Source of the DNA: Eledone cirrhosa
Taxonomy: Eukaryota
Assembly: GCA_964016885.1 (NCBI GenBank)
Contig: OZ024740.1
Location: 102,114,001-102,178,000, forward strand
Reading direction: 5' to 3'
DNA length: 64,000 nucleotides
The notes below the pieces were generated by a model. The model saw only the letters and a list, made by a program, of their open reading frames with translations, did no database searches and was not told where the DNA came from. Positions 12,366 through 27,299 of this stretch are shown piece by piece; the first letter of the stretch is position 1, and every line of letters begins with the position of its first letter. The position numbers and the translations under genes are program-made.

Positions 12366-12519
12366 ATACATATACATATATACACACACAATATAGATGT
12401 ATATATACATATATGTGTTACGAAGGGCATCCAGCTGTAGAAAACCAGCCAGAAGCAGTCCTATATGTATTTGGGGAGTAAAAACCCAGCCTCCACATAC
12501 TCCCTCCACAACACTAATA

Positions 12520-13268
12520 TCAAGAAGTCTTCTTGTGAACATCACCTGGGCATTACTGTCAGCAGCGATTTGCGTTGGACAAAGTCTAAAATTGTCAAGA
12601 AGGCCGAGGGTGTCTTAGCATTACTCAGCAAGACTTTTGTCAGCCGCTCTCCAACTATCTATTTAAAGCTATAGTGTGGCCACACTTAGAATTTGCATCA
12701 CTAGTTTGGAACCCATATCTTGCTCAGAACATTGACCTCTTGAAAATTATTCAGAGACGTTTAACCAAGCAAATACCCTCCATCAGGCATCTACCATACT
12801 CTGAACACCTTGCTTCCCTGGGCATGGATACCTTGAAGCTCTGACGTCTGGCAACTGACTTGGTAAACACACACAAAATTATTAACCAACTTGCCTACAA
12901 CAACCGTGAGTACCTTTTTGATTTCCATGTGTCTAACACACGTGGGCATGCCAACAAGGTCAGAAAACAGCACAGTTCCCATGACTTTCTGAAACATTTT
13001 TTCACTCTCAGAGTTGCTGAAGCATGGAACAAACTACCTGCATCAGTTATTAGCTGTCGAGACACTGCATCATTAAAAACCTCCATGCTTCCTGAGATTC
13101 ACCAACACTACACCTAATGTTCCCCCTCCATACACATACACACATGTAGATCATGACTCATACACTATTCACTTCCCTGACATGTGTATATTATTCTAGG
13201 TACTATACATGCACCTTTGACGAATTGTAGTGCACCTGAGCACTTTACACAATAATTTCATTATTATT
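12520..13268 (+). pseudogene. CR1-like LINE 3' fragment
   Basis: HLEFASLVWNPYL..IQRRLTKQIP..YSEHL..TRGHANKVRK..HFFTLRVAEAWNKLP, then a 3'UTR ending gtagtgcacctgagcact(t/g)tacacaataatttc(att)n. Confidence 0.88.
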
Positions 13269-13453
13269 TTTTTTTATTTTTTAAAATATGTATGAATTAA
13301 TGAAAACAGTTATTTTACTAAATCCCTCTGAATGTTTTTTTTTTATGTTTTAAAAATTATATGAATATATATTTGTAGAAATATGGTTGTAAAATGGTTA
13401 AATTGTTCTTATATTTTTTAAGATGGCCATGACTTGTGAAGGTGTTATGGCTT

Positions 13454-13571
13454 ATGTATATCATGACTCAAACACTATTCACTTCCCTGACATTTGTATA
13501 TTATTCTATGTACTATACATGGACCTTTGATGAGTTGTAGAGTTCACCTGAGCACTGTACACAATAATTTC
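13454..13571 (+). mobile_element. Second CR1-like 3'UTR tail, broken at an inversion junction
   Basis: Matches 13145-13260. Its upstream continuation appears inverted at 17893-17906. Confidence 0.8.
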
Positions 13572-13574
13572 GTT

Positions 13575-14170
13575 CAGGGTCGGACGCCACGCTTTGCAGC
13601 ACAGTTACGTCCGTGTACGGACTGAGTTCAAATCCCGCCGAGGTTAACTTCGTCTTTCATCCTTACGGGGTCGATAAAATAAAGTACGAGTAATGCACTG
13701 GGTAATTGCTGGCCTTGTGCCATAAGTAGAAGCAATTATTATTATTATATATATGGCAGTGAGGGTGGTGGATTGGCAGTGTCGGTAGAGGGTCGGACGC
13801 CATGCTTTGCAGCATAGAGTTACGGCTCTTTATGATCTGAGCTCAAATCCCGCCGAGGTTAACTTTGCCTTTCATCCTTATGGGATCGATAAAATAAAGT
13901 ACCAGTCACGCAGTGGGGTCAATGTAATTGACTTTCCCCTCCCCCAAATTACTGGCCTTGTGCCGATATGAGAAACCATTATATATATGGCAGTATCGGT
14001 AGAGGGTCGGACGCCATGCTTTGACGTATAGAGTTACGGCCCTTGCCATTCTGAGTTCAAATCCCGCCGAGGTTAACTTTGCCTTTCATCCTTATGGGGT
14101 CGATAAAATAAAGTACCAGTAATACACTGGTGAATTTGCTGGCCTTGTGCCAAAAGTAGAAACAATTAAT
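13575..14170 (+). mobile_element. Three tandem family-A SINE copies
   Basis: Same head, B-box, core and tail as 1095-2700. Copies at ~13575, 13755 and 13988. Confidence 0.9.
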
Positions 14171-14180
14171 ATTATTATAT

Positions 14181-14555
14181 GGAGGCACATGGCTTAGTGG
14201 TTAGAGAAGTGGCCTTGCAATCGAAAGGATGTGAGTTCAATTCTCAGACCGGGTGATGTGTTGTTTCCTTGAGCAAGACACTTTATTTCACATTGCTCCA
14301 GTTTACTCGGCTATAGAAATGAGATGATAGGGACTGGGATCCCTATCATTCCACTGCAAAGTGGTCATCGAGGTGCCATGGCAAAAAAGCACCCAGCCCA
14401 CACTGTAAAGTGGACGTGTAGACGCAACGGAAAAAAGCACCCAGCACTCACTGTAAATGAGGTTGTAGAAATCAAGCCAGAATCAGTTCCCGTCCCACTT
14501 GCAAGCAGGGAAAAGCGGACATAAAATGAAATGATGATGAATGATGATGGATGAT
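14181..14555 (+). mobile_element. Family-B CORE-SINE with RTE tail
   Basis: Close match to 6061-6405, with one extra ~48-bp tail unit and a deletion in the tail. Confidence 0.87.
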
Positions 14556-15019
14556 ATATATATATGTGTGTATGTTTATATATATATATATATGTATAAA
14601 GATATACATATATATACACACATATATGTGTATGTGTGTTTCTAAATATGAGTCAAAGCTCAAAATATTTTGTTGTTTGATATGTAATATCTGTGTGATA
14701 ATCAAATAATTTCAAAGAGAGCTAATTTGTTATTTCTTTAGTAATATGTATGTAATAATAGCCTACAGCTAACATGCAGATTACATTACATGTCGATTTA
14801 ACTAATGGTATATTTAATCTATTACTAGTATTATTTATAGATATATGAATTTATGTATATATTTATATATGTACATGTTACATTCTAATGGATATTATAG
14901 TTATCTCCCTTGCATTAATTCAAATTTTAGCTTTCTAGCATTATGAAATGTTGACCATATTAATGCCTGTCAGATAGACATTGAGAGTAAGTGCATGTGT
15001 ATAATGTATGTGTTGTGTA

Positions 15020-15079
<60 letters not shown>

Positions 15080-15092
15080 TATATATATATAT

Positions 15093-15135
<43 letters not shown>

Positions 15136-15317
15136 ATATACACACATATATATATATATATATGCCTTATATACACATGTGTACATATATATGTGTGTGT
15201 GTGTGTAGATATGTATGTGTGTATATATATATATATTTATATGTGTGTGTATGTGTATATATGTATATATATACATTACATATATGTGTGTGTGTGTATA
15301 TATATACCTATGTATGT

Positions 15318-16207
15318 ATCATCATCATCATCATCATCATCACTGTTTTACGTCTGTTCTTCCATGCTAGCATGGGTTAGACGGGTTGTCCTGTTGTGGG
15401 CAGTGTCTGGTCGGCTGACCATACCTTGCTCATACAGGAACTGATTTGGCTTGAGTTCTACAGCTGGATGCCCTTCCTAACACCAACCTCATTTACAGTG
15501 AGTGCTGGGTGCTTTTTTCTGTGGCGCCTACACGTCCACTTTACAGTGTGGGCTGGGTGCTTTTTTGCCGTGGCACCTCCACGACCACTTTGCGGTGGGG
15601 GGGTGTGGGGGCATATTGTCTATATGCTTCAGCTTGTACCCATGGGAGGTCGGGTACTCTGTATTACTGCGTGATGCCAGAGGTCACGGTCATGTGTCAT
15701 CGCCTTTGAGAGGTGTAATTGGGTAAGGTCGGCTTTTATCACCTCATCCCAGGTCTTCTTCGGTCTCCCCACTCCGTGGTTTCCATTGACTTCTAGTGCT
15801 CTGCACCTTTTTATGCAGTTGTCATCCTTCATACGCATCACATGTCCATACCAACGCAACCGCCTCTCCTGCACACAGCATTTGATTCCTCTTATGCTCA
15901 GTCTCTCTCTCAATTCATTTATGCTTTGCCGTTCGCGTATATTACTGTTACACATCCATCGGAGCGTGCAGCTTCGTTTCTTTCTAATCTACGTAAGTCT
16001 TCCACCTTCAGCGCCCAGGTCTCACTACCATGTAACATTGCTGTTCGGATACACGCATCATACAGTCTGCCTTTCATTTTGAGGGAGAAGTCTTTTGCAG
16101 CTAGCAGTGGCAATAGTTCCCTGAACTTCTTCCATCCCGTTCTTACCCTAGTTATTGTACTTTCTGAACACCCACCTCCGCTGCTAATTCGGTCACCTTG
16201 GTAGCAG
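15318..16207 (-). pseudogene. 5'-truncated RTE LINE (ORF C-terminus plus 3'UTR), related subfamily
   Basis: GDRISSGGGCSES..WKKFRELLPLL..KGRLYDACIRTAMLHGSETW..RRLRWYGHVMRM..GRPKKTW, (gat)n tail, (TA)n flanks. Confidence 0.92.
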
Positions 16208-16355
16208 ATATATATATATATATATGAGAGTAAGTGCATGCATATATAAGTATGTGTGTGTGTGCATATATGTGCATACATAGTTTGATCTCCTTTTCTC
16301 TGTCTTTTGTTATTTCACACTCTTTTTTTCCATTTTCATCTCTTGTGGTCTCTCA

Positions 16356-16406
<51 letters not shown>

Positions 16407-16422
16407 CCTCTCTCTTTCCCTC

Positions 16423-16499
<77 letters not shown>

Positions 16500-17171
16500 A
16501 TGTGTGTGTGTCCTCACTCATTGCAGCCCTTCCATTCCTATCAATATTTTTTTTTGTCCTTTCACCCTAAAATTTGAGGCTTACAGGAGTACATTTTACC
16601 CTTGCACTACTGTAAATAGCCATAAATTTGATAAGACTAACTGGCCTCTTATAAAATTCTCTGCCTGCCTTCTACCTGTCAGTACTAGTAGTCCCCTACT
16701 AAAGTGCAGTGTAACTCACAATAAACCCCCATTTCCAATATATGTCCTACCATGTCTATATGCTATTACACCAATCAGAGTACTGGACAGCCTCATGTCA
16801 GTTCTATTTCCAAAAAATGTTACAAGAACCAGAAGTCTTTCATATCAAATGTTCTTTATCATTTCTGCTTATTGTCCCACAACAACACCTTAAAAAGTAT
16901 TAAACCTTATTATCACAACAATATCTGGTGTTAAAAAGATATAATGTAGAATTTAGAGAAATTACCTCTCCCCATTAATATTCAAATAGCTCCTTTTTGT
17001 GACAAACCCTCAATGTTTAAATTCACCATTTCATATAGACACTTAACCTACTAGAAAAAGCAACCAAATCATTCTGAAATCATGGAACTCTTCAGACTGA
17101 GTAAAAATAATGTTTCCATTAGACTTTCCAATTGCTAAAACTACCTACCGTTTACAACTCTTCTAAGAAGG

Positions 17172-17291
17172 TGCAACATGAATTAAAGATTCTTGCTCAA
17201 GGACATAATACATAGCTTGGTCCATGAATCTAACCCACAACCTCACAATTGTAAATCCCACTTCCTATCCACTAAGCCAAACACCTTCACA
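17172..17291 (-). mobile_element. Degenerate CORE-SINE 5' part
   Basis: gtgaaggtgtttggcttagtgg...ggttagattc...tgtccttgagcaagaatctttaattc. Confidence 0.7.
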
Positions 17292-17893
17292 AGTCATGGC
17301 CATCTTAAAAAATATAAGAACAATTTAACCATTTTACAACCATATTTCTACAAATATATTTTCATATAATTTTTAAAACATAAAAAAAAAACATTCAGAG
17401 GGATTTAGTAAAATAACTGTTTTCATTAATTCATACATATTTTAAAAAATAAAAAAAAATAATAATGAAATTATTGTGTAAAGTGCTCAGGTGCACTACA
17501 ACTCGTCAAAGGTGCATGTATAGTACCTAGAATAATATACACATGTCAGGGAAGTGAATAGTGTATGAGTCATGATCTACATGTGTGTATGTGTATGGAG
17601 GGGGAACATTAGGTGTAGTGTTGATGAATCTCAGGAAGCATGGAGGTTTTTAATGATGCAGTGTCTCGACAGCTAATAACTGATGCAGGTAGTTTGTTCC
17701 ATGCTTCAGCAACTCTGAGAGTGAAAAAATGTTTCCGAAAGTCATGGGAGCTGTGCTGTTTTCTGACCTTGTTAGCATGCCCACGTGTGTTAGACACATG
17801 GAAATCAAAAAGGTACTCACGGTTGTTGCTGGCAAGATGGTTAATAATTTTGTGTGTGTTTACCAAGTCAGTTGCCAGACGTCAGAGCTTCAA
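17273..17893 (-). repeat. Inverted duplicate of 12833-13454 (CR1-like 3' end plus unique flank)
   Basis: Near-identical reverse complement, including ~185 bp of non-LINE flank and the same in-frame TGA. Confidence 0.95.
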
Positions 17894-18312
17894 TGTTTGT
17901 ATTTGGAACATAAAAGGTTCCAGCATAAAATTAAGGTAGAAGGCTATTTTTTGTTTGTTTTTTTAAGCATAAAAACACTTTAAGACATGAAGTTTTGTAG
18001 TATAGAATTAGAGAGAATTATAGTTAGAGTTTAAAAAGGTTAAAAATACGCTAGGCCTGAAACTGTCATGGCTGCTGCATCCTTGATAATAGGTCTGTCC
18101 AATCAGAACTGACCTGGGGCTAAACAACAAAACATCATCATGTTGAAAGAAAGATTCATGGAAAGAAAAAAAGAAAGAAAATGCTTCCATCTGTGACCAT
18201 CTCATCTAAATTCATTGTACTATGAATACTAAACTAATATAATAGAACAGATGGATGACAGTGAAATATTAAGTCACCATGCACATACACACACATGTAT
18301 ATATATATATAT

Positions 18313-21310
18313 ATCCAACCGACAGTGACTATATAATTATTGCAGGCGACCTAAACGGTCACGTTGGACAACATTGTGGCGGCTACGACGAAATCCATGG
18401 AGGCTATGGGTTTGGTACTAGAAATGAGGAAGGCTCCAGAATCCTGGAATTCTGCGACGCAAATAACCTAACTATCTGCAACACTAACTTCAAAAAACGA
18501 GACAATCACTTGATCACCTACAGATCAGGGGAACATACTAGCCAGGTAGATTATATCCTTACCAGAAGACGTGACAAAGTGACTGTCGTAAACACTAAAT
18601 CCCTCCCCCATGAAGAATGCACTTCCCAACATAGACTGATAATTAGCGACCTAATAGTCAGGACGAGACGTACTAGACAGCAGAAGAGGACTATCCTCAG
18701 GAGAAAAATATGGAAGCTAAAGGACCCCACAGCCAAAAATAAATTCCAAAGCATATTAGTGATGCTTTCGACAGTGAGGAAGAGCAATTAGAGACGTACA
18801 AGGTAGAGGAACAGTGGGAATTCCTGAAAGCAAACCTGCTGACGGCGGCAGACGAAGTCTGTGGCTGGAGCAGGCCTGTAGGCAGGAGGAGAGTAACATG
18901 GTGGTGGAACAGTAAGGTGGAGGGGTCAATTAAGGCCAAAAAGCAGGCTTGGAAAGTATGGCGGGATGGGGGAAGCAGAGAAGACTATCAAGTGGCCAGG
19001 AGGGAAGCTAGGAGACAAGTGTACTTCGCAAGAAGGGAAGCAGAGGAAAGAAAGTTCAAGCATGTTCTACAACGTGAGGACCAAAGACGTGAGGTGTTCA
19101 GGATTGCTAGGCAATGTGTCAAGGAAAACAGTGATATTGTCGGGGAGAAGTGTGTACTTAACGATGACGGTGTACTTGCCATCACCGACGCCGATAAGAA
19201 GGTAGCTTGGAAGTGTCACTATGAAAGGCTACTAAATGAGGAGAATAAATGGGAGAAAGACAGTCTCCCCCACATCGACCCAATAGAGGGACCAGCAGTG
19301 TTAGTCAAGGGGAGTATAATAAGTAAGGCAATCAAAGATATGAAGACAGGCAAGGCGGCTGGGCCTTCGGAAATAGTTGCCGAGATGCTGAAGGCATCTG
19401 GTACGGTGGGACACACCATGGTCACCCGGATAGTCAACCAAGTCATACAGAATGGGGTTGTTCCGAAGGACTGGCGTAACAGCATTATCGTTAACTGTTA
19501 TAAGGGTAAAGGAGATGCCCTAGATAGGAGTAACTATAGAGGCATTAAATTAATCGACCAGGTCATGAAGGTCACGGAAAAAGTAATAGCGCAACTAATC
19601 AGAGAGCAAATTGATCTAGATGAAATGCAGTTCGGGTTTGTGTCAGGAAAAAGTACCACGGACGCTCTTTTCATTGTACAACAACTACAGGAGATGTACC
19701 TAGCTAAAAGTAAACCCCTATACTTAGCTTTCGTCGACTTGGAGAAGGCCTTCGACAGAGTCCCCCGTTCCATTATCTGGTGGGCTCTTAGAAAACTAGG
19801 TGTTGATGAATGGCTTGTGAGAGCTATACAAGCCATGTATAAAGAAACAGTCAACAAGGTTAGAATTAACAACGAATATAGTGAAGAGTTTAGTGTAAAA
19901 GTTGGTGTTCATCAGGGCTCTGTTCTTAGCCCCCTACTATTTATTATTGCCCTCCAGGCTATAACATTGGAGTTCAAGACCGGCTGCCCATGGGAACTCC
20001 TATACGCAGATGATCTAACGCTCATAGCTGAATCAATGGCCGAGCTAGAGAAGAAATTCCAAACATGGAAGCACCGCCTAGAATCAAAAGGCCTTAAAAT
20101 TAACCTGGCTAAGACTAAAGTTCTAGTTTGTAAGAAAGAAAATAAGGCGGCGGTCCCCTCCGGGAAGTGGCCATGCGCAGAGTGTAGGAAAGGCGTAGGT
20201 AGAAACTCCATTTTATGTCCCAAATGCAAAGTATGGGTGCATAAAAGATGTAGTGGGATCACAGGTAAGCTAACTAAGAACATAGATTTTACATGTGGCC
20301 GGTGTTCTGGGGCAATAAGTAGCAGCATGTGCCCACAAAATACTAGCTCTTTCAACTGCGCAGAGGGTTCTATAGAAATAGTGGACAGCTTCCGTTACCT
20401 GGGTGACAAAATCAGCAGTGGGGCAGGGTGCTCTGAAAGTACAGTAGCTAGAGTCAGAACTGGGTGGAAAAAGTTCAGAGAGCTTATCCACTATTAGCCG
20501 CTAAAGGGTTCTCCCTAAAAATGAAAGGCAGGCTGTACGATGCCTGCATACGAACAGCAATGTTGCATGGCAGTGAGACCTGGGCATTGTGTGCAGAGGA
20601 TATACGCAGACTAGAGAGAAACGAAGCTTGCATGCTCCGCTGGATGTGTAATAGTAATATACGTGAACGACAAAGCATAAACGAACTAAGGAAAAAATTA
20701 GAAATAAGAGGGATCAGATGTTGTTTACTAGAGAGAAGGCTACGTTGGTATGGTCACGTGATGCGCATGAAGGACGATAGCTGTATAACAAAGTGCAGGG
20801 CAATAAAGATAGACGGTAGCCACGGAATAGGTAGACCCAGAAAAACCTGGGACGAGCTGATAAACTCCGACCTCACACACTTACACCTCACCAAGACAAT
20901 GTCACTGGACTGAGACCTTTGGCGGTACTCAGTAATAGAGAAGACCCGCCTTACCTAAATACAAAGTAAAACCTACTACAGTCAGTAGTAGGTTTTACTT
21001 TGTATTTTTATGTAAAGTTATGTTGGTGCCACACCATCCAGGCCGAAACAAATGAGATCGTGTAGGTGTCACGACAAAAAAACACAGTCCACGCTGTAAT
21101 GTGGCCGTGTAGGCAACACGGTAAAAACCTCCCAGACCCACACTGTAAATGTGGTTGGTGTTAGGAAGGGCATCCAACTGTAGAAAACCTGCCAGACAGT
21201 CCTATGCGAGCAAGACAATCACTCTTGCCTCAAGTGGGAAAACCCCCGTCCAAACCCATGCAAGCGTGGAACACGGACGTTAAACGTTGATGATGATGAT
21301 GATGATGATA
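18313..21310 (+). mobile_element. RTE-clade LINE copy 1, 5'-truncated within the APE endonuclease; EN-RT-PHD pseudogene
   Basis: EN motifs [21 protein letters not shown]; RT motifs YRGIKL, QFGF, FVDLEKAFD, GVHQGSVLSPLLF, LLYADD, YLG. Frameshifts at ~18760 and ~20488, TGA at 20911, ORF end at 20958, 3'UTR with (gat)n tail. Confidence 0.97.
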
Positions 21311-21338
21311 CATATATATATATATGTATATGTATGTA

Positions 21339-24300
21339 TCATCATCATCATCATCTTCCACGCTAGCATGGGTTAGACAGGAGTTGGCCCACTTGAGGCA
21401 AGGTTGGTCGGATGAGCATGTCTCGCTCATATAGGACTATCTGGCAGGTTTTCTACAGCTGGATACCCTTCCTAACACCAACCACATTTACAGTGTGAAA
21501 CTGGGAACTTTTGACCGTGTTACCTACACGGCCACATTACAGCGTGGACTGTGTGTTTTTTTTGTTGTGACACCTACACGATCTTGATCTCATTATCTCA
21601 TTATCTCATTTATTTGGACTGGATGTTGTGGTACCAACTTTACAGAGAGAGGGTTGTGTTGGTGGGAGTGCGAGGATAGGGTAGGGGTAGTGGATTGGGG
21701 TGTATATTTGGTTAAGAGGTGCCTACTGACTGTAGGTTTCGCTTTGTACATAGCCAAGGCGGGTCTTCTGTATTACTGTGTAGCGCCAAAGATCTCAGTC
21801 CAGTGACATTGTCTTAGAGAGGTGCAAGTGTGTGAGGTCGGAATTTATCAAATCGTCCCAGATTTTTCTGGGTCTACCTACACTGTAACTACCACCAATT
21901 TTGATCACCCTGCACTTTTTTATACAGCTGTTGTCTTTCATGCGCATCACGTGACCATACCAACATAGTCTTCTCTCAAGTAAACAGCATCTGATCCCAC
22001 TTATTCCTAATTTCTCACTTAGTTCATTTATGCTTTGACGTTCACGTATATTACTATTACACATCTAACGGAGCATACATGCTTCGTTCCTCTGCACGCA
22101 ATACCCATGTCTCACTGCCATGTAGCATTGCTGTTCGTAAACAGGCATCATACAATCTGCCTTTCATTTTTAGAGAGAAACCTTTTGTGGCCAACAGCGG
22201 TATAAGCTCTCTGAACTTTTTCCATCCCGTTCTGACTCTGGCTACTGTACTTTCAGAAAACCCAACACCAATGCTGATTTTGTCACCCAGGTAACAGAAA
22301 GTGTCCACTATTTCTACAGAACCATCTGGGCAATAGAAGGAGCTAGTATCCTGTGGGCACTTGCTACTTATTGCACCTGAGCGTCGGCCACATATAAAAT
22401 CTGTTCTTAGATAGTTTACCTGTGATCCCACTACATCTTTTATAGTTTGCATTTGGGACATAAAATGGAATTTCTGCCTACTCCTTTCCTACAAACTGAG
22501 CATGGCCATTTCCCTGAGGGCACCTGTGCCCTATTTTCCTTTCTACAAACTGGAACTTTAGTCTTAGACAAGTTAACTTTAAGGCCTTTTGATTCTAGGC
22601 CATTCTTCCATGTTTGGAATTTCTTCTCTAGTTCAGCCATAGATTCAGCTATGAGAGTTAGATCATCTGCGTATAGGTGTTCCCATAGGCAGCCGGTCTT
22701 AAACTCCTCTGTTATAGCTTGAAGGACAATAATAAATAGGAGGGGGCTAAGGACAGAGCCTTGATGAACGCCAACTTTTACACTAAATTCTTCACACATA
22801 TTCGTTGTTAATTCTAACCTTACTGACTGTTTCTTTATACATAGCTTGTATAGCTCTCACAAGCCATTCATCTACTCCTAGTTTTCTAAGAGCCCACCAG
22901 ATAATGGAGCGGGAGACTCTGTCAAAGGCTTTCTCCAGGTCTACAAAAGCTAAGTAGAGGGGTTTACTTTTAGCTAGGTACTTCTCCTGTAGTTGTCGTA
23001 CAAGGAAAAGAGCATCTGCGGTACTTTTACCTGACACGAACTCAAAATGCATTTCATCTAGATCAATTCGCTCTCTGATTAGTTGCGCTATAACTCTTTT
23101 TGTGACCTTCATGACCTGGTCAACTAACTTAATGCCTCTATAGTTTCCCCTATCTAAAGCATCCCCTTTACCTTTATAGCAATTAATGATGATGCTGCTA
23201 CGCCAGTCTTTTGGTATGACCCCATACTGTATTACTTGGTTAACTATACGGGGGACCATAGTATGTCACACCATTCCAGATACCTTCAACATCTCAGAAA
23301 CTATCTCCGAAGGCCCAGCTGCCTTGCCTGTCTTTGATTGCCTTACTTATTATACTACCTTTAACTTGCACTGCTGGTCCTTCTATTGGATTGATTTGGG
23401 GCAGACTATCTTTTTCCCATTTATTCTCCTCATTTAATAGTCTCTCATAGTGACACTTCCAAGCTATCCTTTTATCAGTATCAGTGAGAGCAAGTACACC
23501 ATCATCATTACGGACACACTTCTCCCCGACAATATCATGGTTTTCCTTGATACATTGTCTAGAACACCTCACGTTTTTAGTCCTCATGTTGTAGAACATG
23601 CTTGACCTTTCTATCCTCTGCTTCCCTTTTTGTCTCCTAGCTTCTCTCCTGGCCACCTGATAGTATTCTCTACTTCCTCCATCCCGCCATACTTTCCAAG
23701 CCTACATTTTGGCCTTGATTGTCTCCTCCACCTTACTGTTCCACCACCAAGTTACTCTCCTCCTGCCAATAGGTCTGCTCTAGCCACAGATTTCATCTGT
23801 TGCTTTCAGCAGATTCACTTTCAAGAATTCTCACTGTTCCTCTATATTGCACGTCTCTAATTGCTCTTCCTTATTGTCAAAGGCTTCAAGTAATAAGCTT
23901 TTAAATTTGTCACTGGCTATGGGGTCCTTCAACTTCCATATTCTTCTCCTTAGGGTAGGCCTCCTCTGTCGTCGAGTACGTCTATTCCTGACTATGAGTT
24001 CACTAACTACTAGGCTATGTTGGGAGCTGCATTCTTCATGGGGGAGGGATTTAGTGTTTACAACAGACACTTTGTCACGTCTTCTAGTAAGGATATAATC
24101 TATCTGGCTGGCATGTTCCCCTGATCTATAGGTGATCAAGTGGTTTTATCGTTTTTTTTGAAGTTTGTGTTATTGATAGATAGGTCATTAGCCTCACAGA
24201 CTTCCAGGATTCTGAAGCCTTCCTCATTTCAATTTTCAACCCCATTGCCTCCATGGATTCCATCATAGCCATCACTATATTGTCCAACATGACCATTTAG

Positions 24301-24395
24301 GTCACCAGCAATAATTAAGTAGTCGCTGTCAGTTATTTGGGAGGTAGTGTGCATTAGCGTCTCATAGAACCTGTCCTTTATAACATCAGGTAGAC

Positions 24396-24397
<2 letters not shown>
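21339..24397 (-). mobile_element. RTE-clade LINE copy 2, more degenerate
   Basis: Same motifs across ORFs 24229..24603, 23831..24139, 23294..23656, 22792..23259, 22440..22799, 22057..22461 and 21795..22064, with many frameshifts. Confidence 0.97.
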
Positions 24398-25370
<973 letters not shown>

Positions 25371-25474
25371 TGAACGTACATATTTTTGTATGTATACTGG
25401 TTATTATTAACACATACTAAGTCTAAGTTTGTTAAATTAACAAAGACAATTCTCTTTGTTCTCAATAACACAAC

Positions 25475-25523
<49 letters not shown>

Positions 25524-25891
25524 CAATGACAATAACGATAATAATGACAACAATAATAATAATAAATGAACAAACAAAAGAGTCTGTGAAATTCTTCCAG
25601 ACTTTCAACATTGAACTTTTCATTAGTTTCAGTACCAACACTAATTATGTTTGCAAGACGACAAAATGAATCTTACTACTTCAAACAAAGTGTTCGCTCA
25701 TTTACAGCATAGCCTATTTTTGAAAATGAAATTAAAACAAAGAAAATAAAACAACAAATAAATAAATAAACCGAAAATATTCCAAGTTCTCACAGTTTTC
25801 ATTAGCCACTTTGGAAGTAAATATTTTCAATTAGAAAATAGAGGATATTACATATTATAAATGTTTGCAAAAACAACTATTGTTGTTGTTG

Positions 25892-25962
<71 letters not shown>

Positions 25963-27299
25963 GACAACAACAATAATATGAAAAATAAATCCGATATTTC
26001 ATTATTAATCACCATTAAGTCATATAATCTTATATCTGAAAGTTGTAATATTCTAAAATGCATTTGACTAAATGTTATCTCTCAAATTCCACAAAAGTTT
26101 TAAACTGACTGCTAGATAAATATTACATTTTAAGTTATTGAACTCCAAGACTTATTCTACTTTACAACAGATATACTCATGTAATTCTATAATGTGTTTA
26201 TAATATGTACTGGACATAAAATAACTCAATGGTTAAGAAGTTTGCTGCACAATTTTAATTGATCTTACTCTGTAGCATCTTAGACAAGTGTTATTTACCA
26301 TATTTATCAATGGTTAGCCTCCTACATGTCCTACAAAGTCCCTATTCCATCCACACTACTTTGTCCTCTATTGCTACCTTCAGATTCCAGGCCATTATCT
26401 TGCTTCAGGTTGTCTATGTATGTGACATCACATCCAGCATGTTTTCCTTCTCTGAAACTAAATAGATGAAAACTGTTTTGAAGCTCATTCAATGGACTAT
26501 ACCTGAAACAACCCATTCATGTTCATATTTCTAATGAAATATACTCTATTTCAATTAATTGATGAACAATTTTGAGGGATTTACTAAAATTATTAATTAT
26601 TTCATTACTAAGATAGTAAGGTTCTTACATGAAATTATATTGGAAACCTTTCAAATGGGTGGCTTTATTTGATAGGTCCAGAGCCAGTTTTGGTCAGTTT
26701 GGTAACTAAAGGGTTTAAAGGGCTAAACCCATTGTATATCATGCTGAATCTCCCTGTGAATTACATCGAGGGTATAATTTCTGTAGAGTGTTCAGCCACT
26801 TGTACATTAATTTTACAGCAGACTGCCCCATTGCTAAAAAAAACTGGAGCATTCATTGTCAAAACTGAGAGAGCTTCATTCAATGTTATCTCCATATGAG
26901 ATTTGTTTGAAAGAATGTCAGCCATTTTTCAATTCTCTTCAACACTAACATCATTGTTTTCATTTTGACATACTTCTATAAACTGACAAATAATATGGCC
27001 AATAAACAATGGATATCATGAATATATATACATTAGTTCACTTTTTGTTAACAGGGAAACAGACATTGAATGATGATGATGATGATGAATATATCAGTTT
27101 TCTAATATAGCCACTTGGCCACAAATGTAAACAGGATGGGAGGGTTTGTCAACCCCAGTGCTTGACAATACTTTGAATTACAGGTACAATACAGAGAAAA
27201 ATCAATGCCTCTACTAAACTACTACTTTATTTATCATCATCCAAAATGATGAAAGATAAAGTTGACCTCGATAAGATTTGAACTCACAGTGTGATTTGT

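Noticed and set aside
18917-20497. 526-aa ORF as an active reverse transcriptase gene
   Set aside because: It is the inter-frameshift part of a 5'-truncated LINE with no ATG or promoter, two frameshifts and a premature stop.
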